Part shown: positions 55,931 to 64,000 of the stretch, piece by piece
Numbering within the stretch: position 1 is the first letter of the stretch
Layout: every line of letters starts with the position of its first letter
Origin: a virus
Lineage: Duplodnaviria > Caudoviricetes
DNA: 64,000 nt
Virus record (IMG/VR): IMGVR_UViG_3300026522_000028
Span: 12,181-76,180 of that record
Reading direction: 5' to 3' (one strand)
The notes under the pieces: generated by a model
The model's input: the letters and a program-made list of their open reading frames with translations, nothing else
Databases searched by the model: none
Told to the model about the DNA's origin: nothing
Made by a program: the position numbers and the translations under genes

Positions 55931-56112
55931 TGATCCTCCAATGCCTCGCGACAAACCGCTTCGACCTCCTCCGTACAATCAGCGTGACCGCAGTTGAATT
56001 TCTCCAGCGGGCATTCGAGGCACTTGCCACGATACCGCTGGCATACTTTGTCTAAATCCTTTTTCGTCAACGTTACTCCTTCAACATTTTTGTTACCGTC
56101 AGGGCATACTAT
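55927..56112 (-). CDS. Small Cys-rich protein
   Basis: Cys-rich VCQRYRGKCLECPL..CGHADC resembles the segment in the downstream ORF; start uncertain. Confidence 0.45.
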   Translation of the reverse strand: MVCPDGNKNVEGVTLTKKDLDKVCQRYRGKCLECPLEKFNCGHADCTEEVEAVCREALEDQ

Positions 56113-56966
56113 TTCCCATAGTGCTTGATGTAGTACGGGCAATTCTCGTTGACCTCGCAGTATTCCTTGCACCGCCTATCGGGATTGCTCTTGCTACCCC
56201 AGCGATCCTTGCAGATCGGAGGCATCTCCTTTTTTTCCAGCGCGTGCATCAAGCGGTCGTACTTCGTTTTGAAATACAGGCGCACCCAATGGTCGCTGAT
56301 GCGGTTCACCGGGATGAGATATGCAGCCTGCGTGATGCCGTAGCTTTTCGCCGTCTTGTCGAGGCCACCACGGACGAAGCATTGCACCGCCATGTGCTTT
56401 ACAGGGATGCCGTGCTTCTCCATCAGCAGCCGATAGTAGTTCAGCTGAAACGCAACGTCATGCAGGTGCCTCACGCCACCCGGCTCGAACCTCTGCCGCC
56501 ACTTCTCTTTCCCCTTGTCCCTGCCACGGGTCACGATGTATTTCTCCCAGCGCGGCTTGAAGCCGAGGCATTGAGAAACCTTGTATGCACCGTAGCATTT
56601 GAAATCGTAGAGCGTCTGCGTCTCCGTGTCGTAGGCATCAAACGCACCCGAGGTGATGTCATCGTTCAGCCGAACTTCTGATAACCAGTTCTGCGGTGTG
56701 TTGCCCTCCATGATGGAGTGCATCGACGTGCCAATCATTGCCGCGATGCTGCCCATCGGATTCACGTAGAAGTCGCTCGTGATCTTCAGGTAAGTCTGTC
56801 TGGTATCCGTGAGGAGCGTCGTGACGCTCGGCTTACCGAACCAATGATGCGTAGCATTTTCCGCGCTCTTCAACGCTGGCAATGCCATGCACCGATGATC
56901 GCATTTCTCGCAAGCACCGAACTTCACGGCGTTCCCATCGGGACACCGAAATCCAATCGCTGCCAT
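56109..56966 (-). CDS. Cas4/RecB-like PD-(D/E)xK exonuclease
   Basis: GTSMH, SGAFD, YDFK and QLNYY motifs with C-terminal C..C..C. Confidence 0.8.
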   Translation of the reverse strand: MAAIGFRCPDGNAVKFGACEKCDHRCMALPALKSAENATHHWFGKPSVTTLLTDTRQTYLKITSDFYVNPMGSIAAMIGTSMHSIMEGNTPQNWLSEVRLNDDITSGAFDAYDTETQTLYDFKCYGAYKVSQCLGFKPRWEKYIVTRGRDKGKEKWRQRFEPGGVRHLHDVAFQLNYYRLLMEKHGIPVKHMAVQCFVRGGLDKTAKSYGITQAAYLIPVNRISDHWVRLYFKTKYDRLMHALEKKEMPPICKDRWGSKSNPDRRCKEYCEVNENCPYYIKHYGK

Positions 56967-56991
56967 CTATCCGCTCCCTTCAACAACAATA

Positions 56992-57020
56992 AGTATACCA
57001 CTATTAACAAATTTGTGCAA
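56992..57020 (-). promoter_or_regulatory. Sigma-A promoter
   Basis: TTGCAC-N17-TATACT. Confidence 0.75.
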
Positions 57021-57028
57021 GCATTATT

Positions 57029-57433
57029 TTAGTCGTTAACGTCAGGGCATACTTCATCGACAATCCGCTGGATAACGAAGTCCGCGCACGGCTGCGCCAT
57101 GCCATTTCCGATAGCTTTGTACCTCCGCGTATCAGGTGCTGGCTTTCCATGGAACTCGATGTCCGTCCAACCATCGGGATAGCCTTGCAGTCGTTCGCAT
57201 TCCAGCGGAGTGAGGCGGCGAACCGTGTTATTCTGTACCTGACACTTATTCTCCTGCACATATTCATTTCCGACACCTTTGTAATCCCGTGCCACCAATG
57301 CTCCGATAACTGTATGAACAACTGGAACTTGGTTGCCGCCTGTCCCCATACGACTATTCAACGTATTCACTCGTCCCCCTGTCATCCTACGCATCACTTC
57401 GCTGGCGTGCGTCATATCGTAGATGTCAATCAT
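57029..57433 (-). CDS. C5-MTase C-terminal subunit (TRD plus motifs IX-X)
   Basis: RRLTPLECERLQGYPDGWT...RYKAIGNGM; has its own RBS. Confidence 0.85.
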   Translation of the reverse strand: MIDIYDMTHASEVMRRMTGGRVNTLNSRMGTGGNQVPVVHTVIGALVARDYKGVGNEYVQENKCQVQNNTVRRLTPLECERLQGYPDGWTDIEFHGKPAPDTRRYKAIGNGMAQPCADFVIQRIVDEVCPDVND

Positions 57434-58399
57434 TGAATCCCCTCTCGAAGATCGTCATATCCTGATGGGCGACCAGCGTGTACGCTTGGTCTTCCTTCCA
57501 CATCGCACCGCTGCCACCGCCTTTCTTCTTTGGCTGACGAATCTTCAGCACGACGGGAGGAGCAGCGTTCTGGAGCACAGGGTCATTCTTCGTTCCACCT
57601 GCGCTGTTCGCGCTGAGTGTAGCCGATGTTCCATCCGGTGACTGTACACGGCTGCCCTGCTGCATGTACGGAGTCAGAGAGCCATCGCCATCTGGCGTTC
57701 CAACGCCGACCGCAGTTCCATCGGCAGTTCCTTCCCGTGCTCCTTCGCTCTCCGCAGAATCCCCGCGCACGCTTTCGCACTCAAAAAGTATTTCTCCGGC
57801 ACATCTGTGATCGGCTGCAAAATCTGCGACAAGGAAGACTCTTTTGCGACGCTGGGGGACTCCCCAATACTGAGCATCGAGGACTCTCCATGCGATTTCA
57901 CAGCGTTCGCATTGAACCAGCCCCGCGTATGCCCATTTTCCATTGTCAGGCATTGGAACTTTGGTCGCTCCGATTTCCGAGAGCACAGCCTTAAAGTCCA
58001 TCCCTTTGTTGGAACTGAAAGCTCCTGTGACGTTCTCGAAAACAAAGAAGCGCGGGTACTTTCCATTGGTTGCTTCTCGCATTTCATTGACAATCCTCAT
58101 CCCCTCATAGAATAGTCCAGATTCACCATTGAGTCCCGTGCGATTACCAGCGATTGACAACGAGGTACACGGAGACCCTGCCGTGATAATATCGACGGGT
58201 TCGATCTTTGCGCCGTCGATCTTCGTGATGTCCCCGAGCTGCTTCATGTGCAGGAAATGAACCGCCGTCACCGCAGCGGGGAACTCATCGACCTCCGATG
58301 CCCACACGGGAACCACCGCACCGCTATGTAATGCTGCCATCGGCCAGCCGCCTATATTCCGTCGAACAAACTACCGAGCGTAAGGTAGGATTTCTTCAA
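57426..58399 (-). pseudogene. C5-MTase N-terminal subunit with a 2-nt insertion in motif I
   Basis: LTLGSLFDGI-[TA]-GGWP; then GSPC, FENV, QRRKRVF. Confidence 0.8.
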
Positions 58400-60399
58400 C
58401 GGGCATCAACTCCTTCCACTTTCTCCGACAACCTCGATGTCTCGGGGTTGTATACCAACGTGAACACCTCGTTCTCGTTGCGACGTTCACGAGCCTTGAC
58501 GATTTTCACCCGCGTGTCGTACTTGTACTTCTCTTTGTCAATCGGAGAGAGCGTCGAATCCAATGCACGACGCCAGATCAGGAACACATAGTCACCGCTA
58601 TCGCCGATAGCGCCAGAACCACGCAGGTCTTTTTGCTCTGGTTCATGCCACTTGCCAGACCCATCCTTCCCTTGTCCAGCTTTGGAGAGCTGCGAGAGGA
58701 TGACGAACAGGACATTGAGTTCCTTCGCGAAATCCTTCGTCCGTTCCGCGACAAGCTCCTCGTCTCCGATGGTGTCACGCCCGCGCATCTTTTGAAAATA
58801 ATCGACCGCAACGATGTCCACCGTTTTTACGCGGGCATCCATCAGCTTCACGTACTCGGCCATCGCTTCCAGCGAAAGGCCGGGCTTATCGACGATGTAC
58901 AGGTACTTGTCGAGGCGGTCTTTGATGAGACTGTAGGTTTCGCCGTGTTCGCGGATGTACTGCGGCACATTGTACCGTCGAATCTGACAGATTTTCGCGA
59001 TGAGGATTTTGATGATGTCTTCCTTCGGCATCTCCAAGCTGAAGAACAACACCGTCTTCCGCAGCTTCACCGTCCAGTACAGAATCCATTCAAGGAGGTT
59101 TTCGGTCTTACCGGAGTTCGACGCCGCGCCGAGGATTACGACGTTTTTCTTCTTGAACTTCGCTGCCTCGTCGATGTTAGGAAAGCCGATGCCAAAGTAT
59201 TCCTCGTCCTTCAGCGCCTCCAGCGCAACGTAGGAATCTGTCGCGGACGCAATGTCCTTCAGCTTTTCCTCCGACGTGTCCTCCTTGATTGACAGGAGTT
59301 CCCTCACGACCTCGATGTCACGCTGCCAAACATCAGCGAGGTATTCTGCGATGTCCGCACGCACCATCGGATTGCTGACGGTTCGGATGAACTCTACGAT
59401 ATTACGCTCCTGCACTTCGCGGTCATCGGATTCGTCGATGATCTGCTTCGCAACGTAGAAGTCGATAGATTCGTATGTGCAATCGTCGGCAATGCTGCGA
59501 CCAGCCACCAGCATATCGTTGAAGTCCTTGCATCCATCTGGGATGCGTGCGACCTTCACAACGATCTTCGGAGCGAATCGACGGAACAGATCGCGGGCGC
59601 GACGGACGAACTTCGATGCTTTGCCGTCGTTGTCAGGACAAAGGACAACCCTGCTATTCGCCACAGGCTGAAGGACTTCCTTGATGAGTTCGACGTGGCT
59701 GCGGGTGACAGAGATGCCGCAGTATGCAACGCAACACAACCCCTGCTGCACCGCAGACATGCAGTCGAACGATCCCTCGGCCAGCATCAGCGTCTTCGTG
59801 TTCCGCAGATTCTTCTGCGCCTGCGGAAGTCCGAAGAGAAATTCGCCCTTCGTGAATAATCCTTTGACGTTCTTCGAATTCTTGTACTTCGGCTTGCCCT
59901 CGAAGAAACGGTAGAGGAAAGCGACGGGACGTTTCCACGAGTCGTACATCGGAATCGACAACGCTTTGAGCTTCGGAGAGTACCCGAGGCCGTAGGCTGC
60001 GATGGTTTCATCGGTCAGCCCGCGCTTGTGCAGGTAGTCGATGACGGTATCGAGATGCTTCTGCATCCCGCGCACCCACACCTCGTTCTTCTCCGTGATG
60101 CTGCGGTGCTGGCGGTAATCATCGGAGTCATCGATGGTGAGTCCGAAGTCATCGCAGAGAGTATGCACCGCCTGATCGAACGTGCAACCATCGCGCTCCA
60201 TGACGAGGTTGATGATGTTGCCGTGCGCTCCGCAGGCGAAACAGTAGAAACGATTAGTGTCCGGGAAAAACGCGAGAGACTGCGGATTATCGCCGCCGTG
60301 GATGAAGCACTTGCAGCGGTACGTGCCATCGGGACGCGCCTGTGCATCGCTGACGTATTCGACGATACTCTTCGACAAAATCGTATCAACAACACTCAT
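58396..60399 (-). CDS. Primase-helicase (CHC2 zinc finger, TOPRIM, DnaB-like)
   Basis: CFIH..CFAC, EGSFD, PDNDG, GAASNSGKT, VDYFQ, ILSQL, LRGSG. Confidence 0.93.
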   Translation of the reverse strand: MSVVDTILSKSIVEYVSDAQARPDGTYRCKCFIHGGDNPQSLAFFPDTNRFYCFACGAHGNIINLVMERDGCTFDQAVHTLCDDFGLTIDDSDDYRQHRSITEKNEVWVRGMQKHLDTVIDYLHKRGLTDETIAAYGLGYSPKLKALSIPMYDSWKRPVAFLYRFFEGKPKYKNSKNVKGLFTKGEFLFGLPQAQKNLRNTKTLMLAEGSFDCMSAVQQGLCCVAYCGISVTRSHVELIKEVLQPVANSRVVLCPDNDGKASKFVRRARDLFRRFAPKIVVKVARIPDGCKDFNDMLVAGRSIADDCTYESIDFYVAKQIIDESDDREVQERNIVEFIRTVSNPMVRADIAEYLADVWQRDIEVVRELLSIKEDTSEEKLKDIASATDSYVALEALKDEEYFGIGFPNIDEAAKFKKKNVVILGAASNSGKTENLLEWILYWTVKLRKTVLFFSLEMPKEDIIKILIAKICQIRRYNVPQYIREHGETYSLIKDRLDKYLYIVDKPGLSLEAMAEYVKLMDARVKTVDIVAVDYFQKMRGRDTIGDEELVAERTKDFAKELNVLFVILSQLSKAGQGKDGSGKWHEPEQKDLRGSGAIGDSGDYVFLIWRRALDSTLSPIDKEKYKYDTRVKIVKARERRNENEVFTLVYNPETSRLSEKVEGVDAR

Positions 60400-60402
60400 G
60401 CC

Positions 60403-60690
60403 TCATCGTCTCCCGATTGCGTCTTCGCGGTCATGGCATTGCTCCCTGACCTTCAAAATCTGTTCGAGGTAGCTGCGGAAGTCATCGGCTTCACGCTGAT
60501 CTAAGCCTCCGAACGCATCGGAGGGATAGTAGTCCTCGATGTCCCGGAGCATCCCTGATACCTCCCAGTCCTCGAACGAATTGATATTGAGCTTGATGTA
60601 GTCCGACACTAACTGCAATGCGTATGTGTGGCGCGGCAACGCATATCGCAGAGCAAACACTAGTACCGTCCTTGCATCCTTCGATAGCAT
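60403..60690 (-). CDS. Hypothetical protein
   Basis: ALRYALPRHTY. Confidence 0.6.
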   Translation of the reverse strand: MLSKDARTVLVFALRYALPRHTYALQLVSDYIKLNINSFEDWEVSGMLRDIEDYYPSDAFGGLDQREADDFRSYLEQILKVREQCHDREDAIGRR

Positions 60691-60881
60691 TGAATCACTC
60701 CCCGATAACGAATGCGATAACAATGGCTGCGACGCAAACCACGAGCATCATCCAATCTCCCGGCTCTGCATCATTCATGAAATCACGGATGAAAAAATTC
60801 ATTTGTCCACCTTCCATACAAAAACCAGCGGGGCAACTATCATCACGACCCCGAGGATTGTCAACGAAATACAGATTGCCG

Positions 60882-61538
60882 TCATACGAACTCCTCGGCA
60901 AGCTGCGAAAAGCGCCCACGGAAATTCTTTGTAAGCTCTACCTTCTGGCCGATGTGCTCGGCGAGGTAATTTCCGTAGCCTACGAAGTCGAGATTGTGAT
61001 TCCCGTGATTGTCCTTCTGCAAACTATCACCGATCAATGCAACATGGCAGTTGTCGTGGACACGGGTGAAGATGAGCTTCAGTGTTTCCGTGTCGCAGTT
61101 CTCGGCTTCGTCGATAATGACCCCAGCATCCTCGAAGTTTACACCACGGAGGGTACTGTCAGTCACGAGAACCAGTCTGTTTGTGCGCCGCAGTTCGTCA
61201 ACCTCGCTCGGGAGATACCCGAGGCGGAGCATTGCGTCATACACGGGAGTCCACAGGCCGTTCGTCTTTTCGTCAATGCTGCCCGGCAGAAAGCCGTTCT
61301 GCAAAAACCGCTGGGACACCTTCTGGATGTACACGACTTTTGCAATAGTACCATTGGCAAGCATATCGACCATAGCTGCCATCGCGACGATGGTTTTGCC
61401 GGAGCCAGCGCGGGCCTCGCAGAATGTAAAGATACCACCCTCGATGCTCTGGAATAGCACCTGCTGTTCCAGCGTCATCTCACCGTAGAATCGGTCGCGG
61501 TCTTTGTTGTTCTTCAATCTGACTTCTCTAGTCTTCAT
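60882..61538 (-). CDS. phoH: PhoH family ATPase
   Basis: ARAGSGKT, GFLPG, LRGVNF, IIDEAEN, IGDSLQKD. Confidence 0.92.
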   Translation of the reverse strand: MKTREVRLKNNKDRDRFYGEMTLEQQVLFQSIEGGIFTFCEARAGSGKTIVAMAAMVDMLANGTIAKVVYIQKVSQRFLQNGFLPGSIDEKTNGLWTPVYDAMLRLGYLPSEVDELRRTNRLVLVTDSTLRGVNFEDAGVIIDEAENCDTETLKLIFTRVHDNCHVALIGDSLQKDNHGNHNLDFVGYGNYLAEHIGQKVELTKNFRGRFSQLAEEFV

Positions 61539-61542
61539 AGCA

Positions 61543-61917
61543 TCACTCCAATATCTCCACGTCGATGTACTGGCGTCCGAAGGAAAAGCATTGCTCCTTC
61601 GTCTCCATCATCAGATCAAGACGGTTTGAATAGCCGCCGCCGAACCTGTCCATTACTTCATAGATGCGACCGTTGATTTTCAGCAGCGTCCCGAAGGGAA
61701 GGTCATCGCAGGCGACGGAATAGAACGGGATTCCATAGCGTCCACTCGCGGTAACGTTGTCTCCCTTGCCGCACTCATCGCTGTCCTTCGTATACGCCGA
61801 AACATTCATACGAATTATGCGTGGCTGCTTCTTCGGCTGAATCTCTGGGGTCGCATAGATTTCTGTGTTGTCAATGTGGAAGTGTCCAGAACTCGTCGTA
61901 GGATTCCACATCAACAT
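61543..61917 (-). CDS. 3D-domain protein
   Basis: SAYT, VACDDLPFGT, VMDRFGG..RLDL. Confidence 0.8.
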   Translation of the reverse strand: MLMWNPTTSSGHFHIDNTEIYATPEIQPKKQPRIIRMNVSAYTKDSDECGKGDNVTASGRYGIPFYSVACDDLPFGTLLKINGRIYEVMDRFGGGYSNRLDLMMETKEQCFSFGRQYIDVEILE

Positions 61918-61942
61918 TATCGCTGCTACTGTAGCTAATGTT

Positions 61943-62176
61943 TTACTCTGTAAGTTCGAGACTCTTCACCTCCGTGTCAATTTTGAAATAGCCATCGGCA
62001 ATCTCATCATTGAAGCGCTCGTTCGCCATGTCTCGAACGTACCCGGCGAAACGCTGCTTGATGTCATCGGCATTCTTCTGGAACTTCGCAAGGATTTCCT
62101 TGTCATCTTCGTCCGTCTCCTGCTCATCGTGGACATGGATGCGGAGAACAACGTCGGCGTCAATTTTCATTGGCAA
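61943..62176 (-). CDS. Hypothetical protein
   Basis: Coupled ORF with RBS. Confidence 0.6.
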   Translation of the reverse strand: MPMKIDADVVLRIHVHDEQETDEDDKEILAKFQKNADDIKQRFAGYVRDMANERFNDEIADGYFKIDTEVKSLELTE

Positions 62177-62369
62177 CCTGCTCCTTCCGATGACGGCGAT
62201 GCAGCTCCATCTCTTTGCGTGCCTCGGCCTCGACGATCTTCATGTGATCCTTGTGGCGATTGATGTCCATCATCGGAGCTTTCGCCGCTGCATAGTGGTG
62301 GCTCTTGTTGAAATGCTTTGCGAGCTCCACGAGTTTTCCTCTTGCTACCATAGATTCCTCCGTTCTCAT
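62160..62369 (-). CDS. Hypothetical protein
   Basis: Start lies at the octamer array. Confidence 0.55.
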   Translation of the reverse strand: MRTEESMVARGKLVELAKHFNKSHHYAAAKAPMMDINRHKDHMKIVEAEARKEMELHRRHRKEQVANEN

Positions 62370-62403
62370 ACCGTTATACCGTTATAGAGGTATACCGTTA
62401 TAG
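62367..62403. repeat. Octamer array ATACCGTT/ATAGAGGT
   Basis: cataccgttataccgttatagaggtataccgttatag. Confidence 0.8.
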
Positions 62404-62710
62404 CCCCTTCAACAATGCAAGGTAATCTTCGACGTGCGTCTCCGTGATCTTCGTCGTGCGCTTCTCACGGTTCCACGCCGCTGCCTTGTAAAACAGATCG
62501 CTCATCGAGAGGCCCGGCTGATTCCCCGTCTCGTCCATGTACTCATGGAACAGGTCGAGGACTTCCACGTCGAGCTTCTTGAAGAAATTGTAGACGCCAA
62601 AGAAATGCTTCGTCGGCTTCGGGCCAGCAAAGGCTTTCACATTGGCCGTCTGTAGGAACTGCAACGTCAGCACGTATGGCTTATTGCATTGCTCCCAAGG
62701 CTTCTTCATG
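62398..62710 (-). CDS. Hypothetical protein
   Basis: MKKPWEQCNKPY start inferred. Confidence 0.55.
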
Positions 62711-63196
62711 ATATCTATCGAACACCTCCCGCAGTTTTTCCGCGTTGACACCAGCGATGCCATTGATGCCGCTCGGATAGTAGACCAGATGATTCCGATA
62801 CTTCTCCGCGACCATCTGCTGCGCTTTCTCATCGGGGACGTAGGAGCAGATCGCGAAGATGTACGATGCGCCAGCGATGACTGGTACAACATCCTCGATG
62901 CGCCCAGTCACCATCGTAGTGTTCCACGTCGAGAAGCGCTGCGTTCCCTGCGCCCACCAATCGTCGAAGTCATCGATGCCGATGTAGCCTCGGTGCTCCT
63001 GAAAGAAATATGCCTGCGCTCCCATGTAGCAGCCGAAGTCCACGATGATGAAGTCCTTCGGGATGACATCGGCCACCGCTCCATACACATCGGCGAAGCA
63101 CAGGAAGTCATAGTCCAATTCGCAGAGGTCTTGGTCGAGCAACGGGTCTAAGACCTCCTGCGGAATCATACGACGCAACCTCTCATTCTGGGTCAT
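62681..63196 (-). CDS. SAM-dependent methyltransferase-like protein
   Basis: IIVDFGCYMGAQ...YIGID resembles class I MTase motif I. Confidence 0.5.
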   Translation of the reverse strand: MTQNERLRRMIPQEVLDPLLDQDLCELDYDFLCFADVYGAVADVIPKDFIIVDFGCYMGAQAYFFQEHRGYIGIDDFDDWWAQGTQRFSTWNTTMVTGRIEDVVPVIAGASYIFAICSYVPDEKAQQMVAEKYRNHLVYYPSGINGIAGVNAEKLREVFDRYHEEALGAMQ

Positions 63197-63286
63197 TCAC
63201 ACCGCCTCCGTCCATTTTTGAGGGGTAAATCCATTCTAGGGTATCCAGCGTTCGTCCTAAGCGATTCTCTGCATCCACGCAGTAAG

Positions 63287-63493
63287 TTAATCACAGGATT
63301 CAGCAGACGCGATTCTGCGAGGCGTCAGAGGGGCACAATAGGCTGATTCTTTGTTCAGTCCATCGAAGACTCTAAGCAGCCCCTTGTACACTACATAGAG
63401 CGCTTCATCGGACGGCTCTACGCCAGCACCAACCATCGAGCCGAGAAGATCGGCGTAACCCTTCACAATCATTGACGCATCATGTTTGCTCAA
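63287..63493 (-). CDS. Hypothetical protein
   Basis: GGAGG RBS. Confidence 0.5.
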   Translation of the reverse strand: MSKHDASMIVKGYADLLGSMVGAGVEPSDEALYVVYKGLLRVFDGLNKESAYCAPLTPRRIASAESCD

Positions 63494-63575
63494 ATTGTAT
63501 TCCTCCGAAAAAAATCAATGGTTATCTGCGGACAGCCCTCCCGGGCCGTCACGCGAAAACTTTCTGTAGGCCAAA

Positions 63576-64000
63576 TCAGATAGGAACCTCTTCGTCATCA
63601 TCGATTGCGTTGACGATACCGTCGCTTTCCTCGGACTCTTCATCGAGCGTGATGCCGAAGACGCTGAAGTCATCGCCGCTACCGTACTTCACCAGATCAT
63701 CGACCGCGATGCTTTCGAGGTAGAGGTTGAGGCCGTTGGATGATGCCGTAGACCAGTAGACACCCGGCTTGAACGCGATGCGAACCTTCGAGCCATTGCC
63801 GATCGCAGTCTTCACATCGAGACGCTTATTCTTCTTAACGTCCACCACGGGGATGACCTTCTTCACATCCTCGCCCGTCGTGCGATCCTTGACGAACGCT
63901 GCGGTTTTGAACTTGAACAGCGTCTGGCCATCATCGTTCGTGTGGTACGGCATGTACGGTTCGTTGCGCCACTTCTTGCCGTCGACTCTGGCATTGCCTT
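63576..64000 (-). CDS. ssb: T7 gp2.5-like ssDNA-binding protein (5' partial)
   Basis: FKFKT, IGNGSKV and an acidic tail DDDEEVPI; frame is open to the window edge. Confidence 0.8.
   Translation of the reverse strand, partial: GNARVDGKKWRNEPYMPYHTNDDGQTLFKFKTAAFVKDRTTGEDVKKVIPVVDVKKNKRLDVKTAIGNGSKVRIAFKPGVYWSTASSNGLNLYLESIAVDDLVKYGSGDDFSVFGITLDEESEESDGIVNAIDDDEEVPI

Noticed and set aside
56109-56966. CRISPR-Cas adaptation gene
   Set aside because: It is a Cas4-like PD-(D/E)xK nuclease in a replication cluster with no cas1/cas2 or array, which is typical of phage exonucleases.
1-64000. Stop-codon reassignment
   Set aside because: Major genes are full length under code 11, and there is no suppressor tRNA.

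Overview
This window is a ~64 kb internal part of a tailed (siphovirus-like) phage genome. The likely host is a diderm Firmicute (Negativicutes), inferred from GGAGG-type RBSs, sigma-A promoters, a Firmicute-type boxA and a lambda-like L/K/J tail tip. It has four blocks. (1) 1-33.8 kb, minus strand: a late module running terS, Bro-HNH, terL, portal, protease/scaffold, capsid, neck, major tail, -1 frameshift chaperone, a 2571-aa tape measure, tail tip, SGNH, GH114, collagen and LRR accessory fibres, and holins. (2) 33.8-36.8 kb: a non-coding hub with two tRNAs, flanking structured RNA candidates, a late promoter also copied at 15.3 kb, three identical sigma-A promoters and an rrn-like boxA leader. 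(3) 36.8-47.7 kb, plus strand: about 25 small, often acidic early ORFs. Many are separated by a covarying two-hairpin motif or by a type II hammerhead ribozyme. This block also holds an AcrIC5-like gene, a frameshifted tyrosine recombinase and a C5-MTase plus NotI-family R-M pair. (4) 47.7-64 kb, minus strand: regulators, nucleotide metabolism (dUTPase, ThyX-like, NrdD/G), RusA, a Cas4-like nuclease, a split MTase, primase-helicase, PhoH and SSB. The best candidate for an undescribed system is the RNA-punctuated early anti-defence cassette array. All calls were made by eye; no database searches were run.
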